From a virus, in the IMG/VR virus record IMGVR_UViG_3300050821_005343, positions 13,862 through 77,861 of that record: a stretch of DNA of 64,000 bases. One strand, 5' to 3'. The notes below the pieces were generated by a model, which made no database searches, had not been told where the DNA came from, and saw only the letters and a program-made list of their open reading frames with translations. Shown here piece by piece: positions 54,804-62,832 of this stretch (the stretch's first letter is position 1; every line of letters starts with the position of its first letter). Made by a program: the position numbers and the translations under genes.

Positions 54804-54810
54804 TCCCGCC

Positions 54811-54945
54811 ATGCCCAACTATTACGATATCGCTTTCATCCCGAAACAGGGATGGTTCATAATCGAAGTGAACACCGAGATCCTTATTGAGGGACCGTTC
54901 GCCACAAAGGACGAGGCAATCGCGCAGCTTGAGGATGCGGAATGA
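54811..54945 (+). CDS. 44-aa moron protein
   Basis: Manual translation MPNYYDIAFIPKQGWFIIEVNTEILIEGPFATKDEAIAQLEDAE; ATGA-coupled to the HTH gene. Confidence 0.55.
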   Translation: MPNYYDIAFIPKQGWFIIEVNTEILIEGPFATKDEAIAQLEDAE

Positions 54946-55130
54946 CCCCCGTATCCTTCAAAGCATGGCGCGAGCGGATTTACGGCCATCGCGGCGTCAA
55001 GGCCGCAGCCGAGGCGTTAGGATGTTCTAGGACGAGCATACACGCCTGGGAAACTGGCAGGAATGAAATACCACGATACATAGCCCTCGCCTGTCAGGCG
55101 CTCGCTAATGGCTTGCCGCCTATGGCGTAA
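54942..55130 (+). CDS. XRE-HTH protein (paralogue of 23894..24133)
   Basis: MTPVSFKAWR..AAAEALGCSRTSIHAWETG..IPRYIALAC. Confidence 0.8.
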   Translation: MTPVSFKAWRERIYGHRGVKAAAEALGCSRTSIHAWETGRNEIPRYIALACQALANGLPPMA

Positions 55131-55131
55131 C

Positions 55132-56781
55132 TCACAACCCGCTCGACTGCTTCTGTTTATCGCCGGTATTCTCTAGCTTTTTCTTGGGCCTAGCCATCGG
55201 ATTGGCCGGTTTAGGCGCAGCGTTTCCCGGCGTCGGCTTGCCAGGCGTTGGCTTGCCTGGCGGTCCAGCCGCAGGCGGCGGCTGCATCATCTGCATCTTA
55301 TTCGCAATGTCGTCGAGGTCCGGCTCCTCGCCGAATTCGTCGATAGCGTCCTCAATGCCGGGATAGATGTCGTCTTCCTGAATCTGGTTCAACGCCGCGG
55401 TGCGCAGCATCGACTCGTTGAACAGGCCGCTTGTAACGTAGACCTGTGTTGTGTCCGCCTTAAACTTGGAGATCTGCGCCTCTTCTAGAGGATCAGACTT
55501 ATAAAGCGGATTCCATGTAAATTGTACGTTCTTGTCGAAAGAACCCAGCGCCGATCTTATCAAACACTGATCAAGCGGCTCCATGAGCGGTGTATAAAGA
55601 TTCTTTTGCTGGCTCATGATGCGGTCGTAGTAGTTTTTGACGTCTATCTCGCCGCCAGAACCACCAGCCGTTGATAGAGCGCCCGACGGAGCGCCGCCGA
55701 CCATGCGGCTCATCGGCGTCTTGAATGCAGCCGACCCCAATAGAGACAACTTATCTATTACCGGAGGAGCGCCAGCTAGATTGGTCTGGATGCGCTGCCA
55801 GATTTCTTCTTTGTCGAGCAATAAAGTGTTGATGGTCGACTTAGCTTGGTTCGCCAGCATAAAGCGCTCCAGCAGTCTGGCCGACCCTTCCTTGCTCGCG
55901 AGCGCTTGGCTTAGATTAGGTATCTGTACGACGTCCATTTTGGCGTCGTTCATCATTGACGCTAACGCCGCAACGGACGTGCCAAATTGCTTCAGCGCAT
56001 CCTCGGCGGTCTGAATGACCGAGTCGCCCCAGCCGCCGCCCATAGGAGCCAGCCGCCAATCAGGCAACTCGTTGCCGAAGAACTCTATCACGCGCGACGG
56101 GTGGATTCTGACCAGACCCTGCGCTGGCGTCATCTGCCGCGCATAGTCGCCCTCTTCCTGCTGTGGTCTGCCGGGGCGCGTCAGAGGAGAAGGCATCTGC
56201 CCTTGAAAGCGCTCTGGCGTTGGGTTTGGGTTTTTGCCAGGAGTTGGGTAAACCGTGCCGTTATCAAAGCTCCAGCCGAACAGCGGCGTCGAAATGGTGT
56301 AGTATTCCGGACGCGTGTACCAGCGCGACATGACGTTGTAGATGCGCGGCCCAGCGTTTAATTCATACCTATTGAGTACGACAATGAACTTCAGGTCGTC
56401 CTTGCCGACCGAATCAAAGTCAAGCTCGTCTTCCGGCTCGCCTTGGTCTACGCCGAGCACCAATGACGCGCCGCCGTAGAGATTGGCTCGAATGAGCGCC
56501 TGGCGCATTTTCATTTGCAACTGGAAGCGGCGCTCGAGCGCCTCAATGGCGTCGATCTGCTTGTCGCTTCCCTGCCAACTACGCCATTCCCTAGTGGCGT
56601 CCTCGGCTGGGCAATCAACGCCGGCTCTGGCCATCCAGTTGGAGCGATACATATTCTCAAGTTCGTTACGGTTGAGAATGCGCAGATGGAAGTGAGAAGC
56701 GGTAGATGCGTCTTTATGCGTGCCGATACCTGTGACGAAATTGACTAGGCTGTCGGGTATGAAGCGGTTGAAGAAGCTCAT
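55132..56781 (-). CDS. portal protein (DUF1073-like)
   Basis: LENMYRSNWMAR..VD.PAEDATREW..ANLYGG..IHPSRV..WGDS..NYYD.I..F.WNPL. Confidence 0.9.
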   Translation of the reverse strand: MSFFNRFIPDSLVNFVTGIGTHKDASTASHFHLRILNRNELENMYRSNWMARAGVDCPAEDATREWRSWQGSDKQIDAIEALERRFQLQMKMRQALIRANLYGGASLVLGVDQGEPEDELDFDSVGKDDLKFIVVLNRYELNAGPRIYNVMSRWYTRPEYYTISTPLFGWSFDNGTVYPTPGKNPNPTPERFQGQMPSPLTRPGRPQQEEGDYARQMTPAQGLVRIHPSRVIEFFGNELPDWRLAPMGGGWGDSVIQTAEDALKQFGTSVAALASMMNDAKMDVVQIPNLSQALASKEGSARLLERFMLANQAKSTINTLLLDKEEIWQRIQTNLAGAPPVIDKLSLLGSAAFKTPMSRMVGGAPSGALSTAGGSGGEIDVKNYYDRIMSQQKNLYTPLMEPLDQCLIRSALGSFDKNVQFTWNPLYKSDPLEEAQISKFKADTTQVYVTSGLFNESMLRTAALNQIQEDDIYPGIEDAIDEFGEEPDLDDIANKMQMMQPPPAAGPPGKPTPGKPTPGNAAPKPANPMARPKKKLENTGDKQKQSSGL

Positions 56782-56906
56782 AGTCCAACAAGCCGGAAGA
56801 TGGTGTCAAATACCATGGCGACCATGAATCCAATCAGCATCCCCACGACGTAGACGATCAATCCTGCCCCGAGGAAGAAGGAGCAAACCAATAATACCGT
56901 TAGCAT
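56778..56906 (-). CDS. 42-aa hydrophobic peptide
   Basis: Manual translation MLTVLLVCSFFLGAGLIVYVVGMLIGF..; ATGA-coupled to the portal gene. Confidence 0.5.
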   Translation of the reverse strand: MLTVLLVCSFFLGAGLIVYVVGMLIGFMVAMVFDTIFRLVGL

Positions 56907-57280
56907 TGCGCTACAGCCTGACTATCCCCAGGGGCGACGCGGTAGTTGTCGTCTGGATCGTCGTAAGTGCTCACCTCCAAGACGATGCCCTCTTCCCAGC
57001 AAATAAGCCTGTGGACTGTCGCCGTCGGCAAATGAAACACCTCACCTGGAACAAACGGTAAGAAGCGCTGCACGCCGTTTGTTGGATCAACTATCTCTAT
57101 TGTGAAAGAGCCGGACAGGCATCGCCACGTCTCTGTTTTATTGCAATGGAAATGAAGCGACGACTTTTTGGCTTCCTTGAAACAAAGCAGTTTGCCGCAA
57201 TACTCAGGTGTAGCAGCCCAAATCTCTTCGTGGCCCCAGCCCTTCTTGACGATCTTTGGTGTGGGCTTTTCAATGGGCAC
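56900..57280 (-). CDS. cupin-fold sugar(-phosphate) isomerase-like protein
   Basis: KGWGHE..YCGKLL..SLHFH.NK.ETW..H..EVST..D.YRV.PGDSQ. Confidence 0.75.
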   Translation of the reverse strand: MPIEKPTPKIVKKGWGHEEIWAATPEYCGKLLCFKEAKKSSLHFHCNKTETWRCLSGSFTIEIVDPTNGVQRFLPFVPGEVFHLPTATVHRLICWEEGIVLEVSTYDDPDDNYRVAPGDSQAVAQC

Positions 57281-57282
57281 GG

Positions 57283-57483
57283 TTAATGCCCCACAGGCTG
57301 TCTAAGCGCCCAATCCCAATAGTCGGCGATGGTCACAGCCACTGGGTCGTCAGAGAGATCATTGGCCCCAGCCTTGTCGCAACAATAGGCAATGCCCGAA
57401 CCTTGGCACTCGGGGCAAATCTTGGTCCCATCCCAACAGACCGACCCTCGATAGCCTTTACCGTAGCAATCTGGACAAATCAT
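57283..57483 (-). CDS. small DnaJ-type Zn-finger protein
   Basis: CPDCYGKG..CPECQGSG. Confidence 0.6.
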   Translation of the reverse strand: MICPDCYGKGYRGSVCWDGTKICPECQGSGIAYCCDKAGANDLSDDPVAVTIADYWDWALRQPVGH

Positions 57484-58382
57484 TGTGCCCCCGCGATCCG
57501 CTGCGCAGTCAACCGCGCGCCCTCGAAAATGTCTCGGAAAGGCGCATCATAGCCAGCAGCGCGAAGCTTCATGATGTTGGCCTTCGTGCGCTTCTGGTAG
57601 TGAGCGGCGACATTGTCTGGCATGGAAATTAAGTTCGCCATTGGCGCTGCGCGTCCGGCGTCCTTTAATGCATAGTAAACTGCGTGGACGGCCTCGGCGA
57701 AAGTCGCCGCCTCGCCAGTGCCAACGTTGTAGATCCCATTAGGCGGTTGGTTATCCAGTGCCCACAAGATCACGCGAACAACGTCGTCGACAAACACGAA
57801 GTCGCGTCTGTATTCCCCGCTACCTTCGAACAGTTCTATGGGTCCGCCCGCTAGCGCAGAGCGTATCCACTTGGATACAACTGACTGTTGCGAGCTCTTG
57901 TGCTCTTCGCCATCGCCGTAGACATTGAACAGCCTTAGTCCGCACCAATTGAGAGGTTGCCAGCAGTGTTCTAACTCGCGCTGCAACACATAGGCGTCAA
58001 ACCATCGCTTTGAGTCTGCGTACAGCGGCAGCGGAGCGTTCATATCTAACGGCAAAATCTCGGCAAAGCCGCGCAAGCCTGCGCCATAAACTGACGCCGA
58101 CGAGGCGTAGATAAGCGGCACGCCGTTGTCGCGGCAGTATTTCCAAACCTTTGCGCTTAGAAGCTGATTGGATTCAAGGATGAGCGCGACATCAGTTTCG
58201 GTTGTTGACGTTACGGCGCCTAGATGGATGACGGCTTTAGGCACATCGGGGCAGCACTCAACAAAATCCCAGCAACCTTGGCGCTCAAATATGACCACAT
58301 CATCGCCGCGCTCGCGCAGCGCGCGGACGACATGCGAGCCGATAAAACCGCATCCGCCTGTGACGATGATGGGAGCGGTCAT
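57480..58382 (-). CDS. hldD: ADP-L-glycero-D-manno-heptose 6-epimerase-like
   Basis: TGGCGFIGS, HLGA.TSTTE.D, YASSA.VYG, Y..SK, GLR.FNVYG..E.HK, RDFV.V.D, YQ..T.A...KLR.AGY. Confidence 0.85.
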   Translation of the reverse strand: MTAPIIVTGGCGFIGSHVVRALRERGDDVVIFERQGCWDFVECCPDVPKAVIHLGAVTSTTETDVALILESNQLLSAKVWKYCRDNGVPLIYASSASVYGAGLRGFAEILPLDMNAPLPLYADSKRWFDAYVLQRELEHCWQPLNWCGLRLFNVYGDGEEHKSSQQSVVSKWIRSALAGGPIELFEGSGEYRRDFVFVDDVVRVILWALDNQPPNGIYNVGTGEAATFAEAVHAVYYALKDAGRAAPMANLISMPDNVAAHYQKRTKANIMKLRAAGYDAPFRDIFEGARLTAQRIAGAQ

Positions 58383-58588
58383 TTAGGCCGCCGCCAACAA
58401 TCATCGACCCATTGACCATTGGAAAGGATCACCGGAATATGGACCCGGTATGGTCCCACGGTCGCCCACCAACCGCTACCGTCCTTCCAAAAATGGGTTT
58501 TCCTCGCGGGCGGTGTCATAGGAAAAACCCACGCGACCGCCCTAGCGCCCATACGATAAACAGCGTTATTGCTATCGCTCCAATCCAA
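58379..58588 (-). CDS. hypothetical protein
   Basis: 69-aa Trp-rich ORF, ATGA-coupled. Confidence 0.45.
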   Translation of the reverse strand: MDWSDSNNAVYRMGARAVAWVFPMTPPARKTHFWKDGSGWWATVGPYRVHIPVILSNGQWVDDCWRRPK

Positions 58589-58604
58589 GTCATCATGAAA
58601 TCAA

Positions 58605-59069
58605 TCATGCTCGCGCCCTACGAATGAGTTCCGTCGTCGATTGTCCCGCAACAATCGGCACACGCAATAGGTGTTCCACGAGCGCTGCGCCGACAATCTC
58701 TGCTGGCGTATAATCCTCGCCCTTGACAAGTACGTCCGGCTGTAGTTCGCGGATCATGTCCAGCGGCGTGTCCTCATGCAGGATCACCACAAGATCGACG
58801 CCTTCGATGGCAGATATAACAATAGCTCTTTCGTGCATGCCCTGGATTGGCTTGCGCTTGAACTTAGCGGCGGACTTGTCCGAGTTGACACCTACGACTA
58901 GCCTATCGCAGGCGGCGGCGGCCCCGCGCAGAACGGCAACATGGCCGGGATGGATGAGATCAAAGCAACCGTTGGTAAATCCGACGCTGTGGCCTTCAAT
59001 GCGCCATTGCTCACGAACGACGCAGGCTTGCTCGAGCGTGGCAATGCCCGCCTTGGGTAGGCTACGCAT
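58605..59069 (-). CDS. rfaE2: D-glycero-beta-D-manno-heptose 1-phosphate adenylyltransferase (HldE domain II)
   Basis: FTNGCFDLIHPGH..LVVGVNSD.S..ER..PDVLVKG.DY..GQSTT. Confidence 0.88.
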   Translation of the reverse strand: MRSLPKAGIATLEQACVVREQWRIEGHSVGFTNGCFDLIHPGHVAVLRGAAAACDRLVVGVNSDKSAAKFKRKPIQGMHERAIVISAIEGVDLVVILHEDTPLDMIRELQPDVLVKGEDYTPAEIVGAALVEHLLRVPIVAGQSTTELIRRARA

Positions 59070-59361
59070 ATTGACGGCCCCAAGGTTGGTATGCTAAAAC
59101 TTGCGTGAGAAACCACAAATGGAGCACAAAAGCAATGAACGTTTTTACAGATAAATTTATAGCTGCGCTGCATCGATTGGATCGATGGTTTGACGAGTAT
59201 CCTTCATACGAAGGAATGACTGACGATCAGATCAAGGAGGAGATGCGCAAAGAGGTTCTAGCGCAAAAACAATACGAAGATCAACAGTATTACAGACTTC
59301 CTCGACTTAGACGAGAAGTTAAGAGTGAACTTGGGATAGAGTGAACTTGGGTAGGCTACGC
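59052..59361. mobile_element. moron inserted into the 5' end of rfaE2, flanked by a 16-bp direct repeat
   Basis: CTTGGGTAGGCTACGC at 59052-59067 and 59346-59361. Confidence 0.7.
59136..59344 (+). CDS. small moron protein
   Basis: TTGACG at 59071; GGAG upstream; MNVFTDKF... Confidence 0.6.
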
Positions 59362-59365
59362 TGGG

Positions 59366-59452
59366 TCATGGCCTGCACATGTAATTGATTGCCACGACTA
59401 GTAGGACTAGCCATACAACCGCTGTGACCGGGCCGATGACGAGCGCGATCAT
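59366..59452 (-). CDS. 28-aa TM peptide
   Basis: MIALVIGPVTAVVWLVLLVVAINYMCRP; ATGA-coupled at both ends. Confidence 0.45.
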   Translation of the reverse strand: MIALVIGPVTAVVWLVLLVVAINYMCRP

Positions 59453-60435
59453 GCGACAAACCCACCAGGCTGAAGCCCGTACTGTCTGCAATAGGCGCGC
59501 ATTCCATCAACGGCATGTGCCTGACAATCGCAGTTCGGGGACACGCACGCAGCGACTTCAGTCAGGAACGCCCCCCGCGCTTCCGCAATCGTCACAGCCG
59601 CTGTCCCGCTCTTGCTGACTGCAACGCCAGCCGCGGCGTTGGCAAAGCGCATCGCGTCGATCGGATCGTTGCCGGCCGTTACAGCGCAGGTGAATGCGGC
59701 TATGACTGTGTCGCCGGCGCCAGTGACGTCGGCGACTGATTGGGCAACGGCGGGGCAGTCGATTGGCTCCGCCCCACGTCGGATGAAACTCATGCCGTGT
59801 TCGCCGCGCGTTACCAACACTTGTTCAGGATGGACTAAATATTGCGCACTGCAATATTCGTACATATTAGGAGTCAGGCAAAACGCGCCGTTGTACAGTC
59901 TCCAGTCGCTCTGCTTAGGATCAACGAAGATCGGCACGCCTTTAGCGCGCAACGCCTGCATAGTGCCCGGCGTCACTGCACCCTTGGCATAATCAGAAAC
60001 TATAATCGCGTCGAAGCCGCTGGTAATCCAATCGAGCGCCTTAATTACGCTCGCCTCGTTGGTCAGCTCGCCGTCTTGGTCAACGCGAAGGGCGTAATGA
60101 CCGCGCTGCGCAACAAACCGAGTCTTGCGCGTCGTCACGCTTGACGCCGTCACGAAGTGAGTCTTGACGGAATCGGCAACGACTTTCCAAAGGATGTCGC
60201 CCCTTTGGTCTGCGGCAACTGGCGCGACCAGAGTAACTTGCGCGCCGAGCGCTGCTACGTTCGCAGCGACATTGGCTGCTCCGCCCGCTCGATATTCGCA
60301 ATGCGTCTCGAGCAGCACCGGCACCGGCGCCTCGGGCGAGATGCGCTCGATTACGCCATGCACGTATTCGTCGAGCATCACGTCGCCGTAGACGAGAATG
60401 CGGAGGTTGGAAAAGTCGAGGTTCACGCTTGACAC
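59449..60435 (-). CDS. rfaE1: D-glycero-beta-D-manno-heptose 7-phosphate kinase (HldE domain I, PfkB family)
   Basis: GDVMLDEY..G..ERISPEAPVPV..GGAANVAAN..SDYAKG..VDPK..TPN..DVTGAGDT. Confidence 0.92.
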   Translation of the reverse strand: MSSVNLDFSNLRILVYGDVMLDEYVHGVIERISPEAPVPVLLETHCEYRAGGAANVAANVAALGAQVTLVAPVAADQRGDILWKVVADSVKTHFVTASSVTTRKTRFVAQRGHYALRVDQDGELTNEASVIKALDWITSGFDAIIVSDYAKGAVTPGTMQALRAKGVPIFVDPKQSDWRLYNGAFCLTPNMYEYCSAQYLVHPEQVLVTRGEHGMSFIRRGAEPIDCPAVAQSVADVTGAGDTVIAAFTCAVTAGNDPIDAMRFANAAAGVAVSKSGTAAVTIAEARGAFLTEVAACVSPNCDCQAHAVDGMRAYCRQYGLQPGGFVA

Positions 60436-60486
60436 CGCGTTGAATTTATGTCTAAAAGTTGCGTTGTATGCAACGGAGAAGAGTTG

Positions 60487-60819
60487 ATGGTTGAGCGCGC
60501 TTACACGATAAAAGAGATCGACCAGATGCGGAGGAATATCTTAGCCACCAGAATGTCTTGGGAAGCTCACTCAAATCCTGAATATCAGCGGCAGTATGAG
60601 CAAAGGCGCGACCGAGAAGTCGAGGACAAGTTAAGAAGCTACTTGCTGGCCGGTATCGATCCACAGGAATTAGAGGACGAGGCCAGAGCCAAGCGGGAAT
60701 CTTGGGACAGAATAATGTTTTTGGGTAGGCTTGGTCGATGGTTAGACGGTGTAGATTCCGCTAACTCACCCAGCTCATGCTTGAATCATACGTCGAGCCG
60801 TCGATCAGCAATTCAGTAA
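60487..60819 (+). CDS. antisense moron protein
   Basis: TTGACA at 60429; operator at 60459; GGAG RBS; MVERAYTIKEID... Confidence 0.6.
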   Translation: MVERAYTIKEIDQMRRNILATRMSWEAHSNPEYQRQYEQRRDREVEDKLRSYLLAGIDPQELEDEARAKRESWDRIMFLGRLGRWLDGVDSANSPSSCLNHTSSRRSAIQ

Positions 60820-62095
60820 GCGCCCAAACCAGCGCGTCGGCTCGATCCGGCGAGCCGTCGCCCAAGAAGCCGTCAGGCGTCATTTGGCAAAGCTGGTCTT
60901 CAAGGTCCGCCAACTCGCCGACGTGCGACACGCGACCCTGCTCATAGAGCGCGGCAACCGGCTCAGCGCGTTGGACCTTACCCCTCGAGGCGACTACTTC
61001 TTTGAAGGCGACCATTGTGTCTGTTGTCTTAATGACGTGTTCAACCATAGCGCCGCCGAAGTTTCGCTCGGCAACGAGGCGGTCAGCCTGGAATTCGTGA
61101 TAGGCTTCTACTGCTCGACGACCCCAACCGGCTGGAGACAGTTTGCAAGAGCGATCAGCCAGGACATATCCTCGCCCGTCCACACCACGTCCAGAGACGA
61201 CAATTCCAATCCAATCACCCGCATCGTCGTTCCCTTTGGTGCCGGATGGATCGACAGCCACGACAACTCTGGACATGTCGGGCAGCGTTCTTGACGCTCG
61301 AGCGGCGTCTATGATCGCTCTAGTCCAGAGAGCGCCTGGAACATCGTCAAGGATCTCGGCGTCTAGTTCTTGCCTGCCTAGGCGAGTGCCTTCGTATCTC
61401 GATACAACCTGAGTGAAGAACGACGGCGCAAGGTTAGACTTGTTGTCGAATGTAGAACCGCGCGTGACGAACGTGGTTGCGTCTTTCAGCAACCGTTTGA
61501 TAATCGGGATAGGCTTTGGCGTTGTCGTAACGATCTGCCGCGGGCGAGCGCCTAAGCGCATGCCGAACTGCAGCATGTCCCAAGCTTCTTGGGCATATGC
61601 CCACTTCGCCAACTCATCGCACCAGCATAAATCGTGATTCGGTCCGCGCAACTGGTCAGGTTCGGTGCCATTAAACACCGACCCGATTGCGCCGTTGGGC
61701 CAGGTCAGCCGCCTCTTGGATGGCTCATAAAGCGGTTTGAAATCATTTGGATGGACCGACAGAAGCCCGGCCGGGCCTTCTATCATTACGTCTCGAGCGT
61801 CTGCCGCAGTTTCCGCGACCACGGCAATACGGCTATATTGCCCAGCAGCCAGCGGTGTTGGTCCGCATACAAGTCGACGGATCGCTTCGGCGCCGAGCCT
61901 TGTCTTGCCGAAGCCGCGCCCCGCGAGAACCAGCCAGGTAAGCCATTCGCCTGGCGGCAGGAGTTGCTCAGGTCTTGCCCAGAAATCCCAATCCCATTGC
62001 AATTCTGCATATTGAGCGTCACTTAGTGCTGAGTATACAGCTTGGCGTGCGTTTTCTGGCAGCAATGCCAGGGATTCGGCCTGCGATAGGCTCAA
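60761..62095 (-). CDS. terL: terminase large subunit
   Basis: WARPEQ, AGRGFGKT, LRGP, WCDE, TTTP, VAVDP, ERNFGG, SPDRADA. Confidence 0.95.
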   Translation of the reverse strand: MSLSQAESLALLPENARQAVYSALSDAQYAELQWDWDFWARPEQLLPPGEWLTWLVLAGRGFGKTRLGAEAIRRLVCGPTPLAAGQYSRIAVVAETAADARDVMIEGPAGLLSVHPNDFKPLYEPSKRRLTWPNGAIGSVFNGTEPDQLRGPNHDLCWCDELAKWAYAQEAWDMLQFGMRLGARPRQIVTTTPKPIPIIKRLLKDATTFVTRGSTFDNKSNLAPSFFTQVVSRYEGTRLGRQELDAEILDDVPGALWTRAIIDAARASRTLPDMSRVVVAVDPSGTKGNDDAGDWIGIVVSGRGVDGRGYVLADRSCKLSPAGWGRRAVEAYHEFQADRLVAERNFGGAMVEHVIKTTDTMVAFKEVVASRGKVQRAEPVAALYEQGRVSHVGELADLEDQLCQMTPDGFLGDGSPDRADALVWALTELLIDGSTYDSSMSWVS

Positions 62096-62280
62096 GGCTT
62101 GGACCGCAGCACGCAGCCAAAGGGGTCGTAGCCAGTTCTGCGCGTTTGCTCATTGATCTCGACCCAGCAGCTCGCGCAGTACCAGCCGTTTGCTGGTTTG
62201 CCGGATTTGCAGTAGCGGTTCCTGCACGCAGGAGCAGGCTCGCGGCGGAACAGGGATCTAAGGTAGCTTAGCATTGACAA
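62092..62280 (-). CDS. small Cys-rich protein
   Basis: C...C..C..C pattern; coupled to terL. Confidence 0.5.
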   Translation of the reverse strand: MSMLSYLRSLFRREPAPACRNRYCKSGKPANGWYCASCWVEINEQTRRTGYDPFGCVLRSKP

Positions 62281-62329
62281 ACGGCCTGGGTGGTGCTAAA
62301 AATTGCGTTGTATGCAAGGAAGTGGTGAG

Positions 62330-62434
62330 ATGGATATGCACTTGGAAGACTACGTAATAATCGCGTTTTTTAGTTCTTGGTTAGCTGTGTTCATCTTTGT
62401 CGTACTTAAGATGTTTGAATGTCTTGGCACTTAA
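62330..62434 (+). CDS. 34-aa TM peptide (moron)
   Basis: MDMHLEDYVIIAFFSSWLAVFIFVVLKMFECLGT, after promoter 62274 and operator 62303. Confidence 0.5.
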   Translation: MDMHLEDYVIIAFFSSWLAVFIFVVLKMFECLGT

Positions 62435-62437
62435 AGG

Positions 62438-62647
62438 ATGGGTGACATGGATAAGCCTGACAAAAATAAGACATGGACGCTACGCAAATACTACTCGGAC
62501 GGTAGGCCACAATGGTTGGCGGGACCATTTACCGAAGAGTACGCGCGCGAGTCAGCCAAGAGATCAGCTGGCTCCAAGGGCATAGAGCGAATTGACATGA
62601 CTGAAGACCATGGCGATCGGCTAGTCAGGCTCTGGAAGGCAGAATAG
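62438..62647 (+). CDS. small moron protein
   Basis: 69 aa, follows the TM peptide. Confidence 0.55.
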   Translation: MGDMDKPDKNKTWTLRKYYSDGRPQWLAGPFTEEYARESAKRSAGSKGIERIDMTEDHGDRLVRLWKAE

Positions 62648-62649
62648 AC

Positions 62650-62832
62650 TTACGCGGACACAGCGGGTTGCTCCGCCGCTCCGGCACGCACTCTAAGTTC
62701 ATCAACAAGCTCGTCATACGCAGCGAGAACCACTCGCGCATTGGCTAGTTCTGTCTTCAGGCTAGCGATCTCCGAGTTTAGGCGATCGTATTTGTTGTGC
62801 TCGTTTAGGTAGTTAGTAGATTGGTCGGTCAT
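62650..62832 (-). CDS. small coiled-coil protein
   Basis: MTDQST.., ATGA-coupled. Confidence 0.5.
   Translation of the reverse strand: MTDQSTNYLNEHNKYDRLNSEIASLKTELANARVVLAAYDELVDELRVRAGAAEQPAVSA

Larger units (their letters stand above)
859..62317. promoter_or_regulatory. dispersed 15-bp palindromic operator family, TTGCGT-N3-A(T/C/A)GCAA (~13 copies)
   Basis: Copies at 859, 3404, 8096, 15080, 18461, 30928, 41786, 43418, 48195 (perfect), 50196, 60459 and 62303; degenerate copies at 15111 and 59101. All are intergenic or at gene starts. Confidence 0.8.

Noticed and set aside
55132-56781. Anti-CBASS Acb1 call for the DUF1073 protein
   Set aside because: Size, motifs and position indicate a portal; no 2H phosphoesterase HxT motif pair was seen.
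62397-62585. ORF start MSYLRCL resembling MLSYLRSL of 62092..62280
   Set aside because: Opposite strands, weak DNA identity and overlap with better-supported ORFs; probably coincidence.
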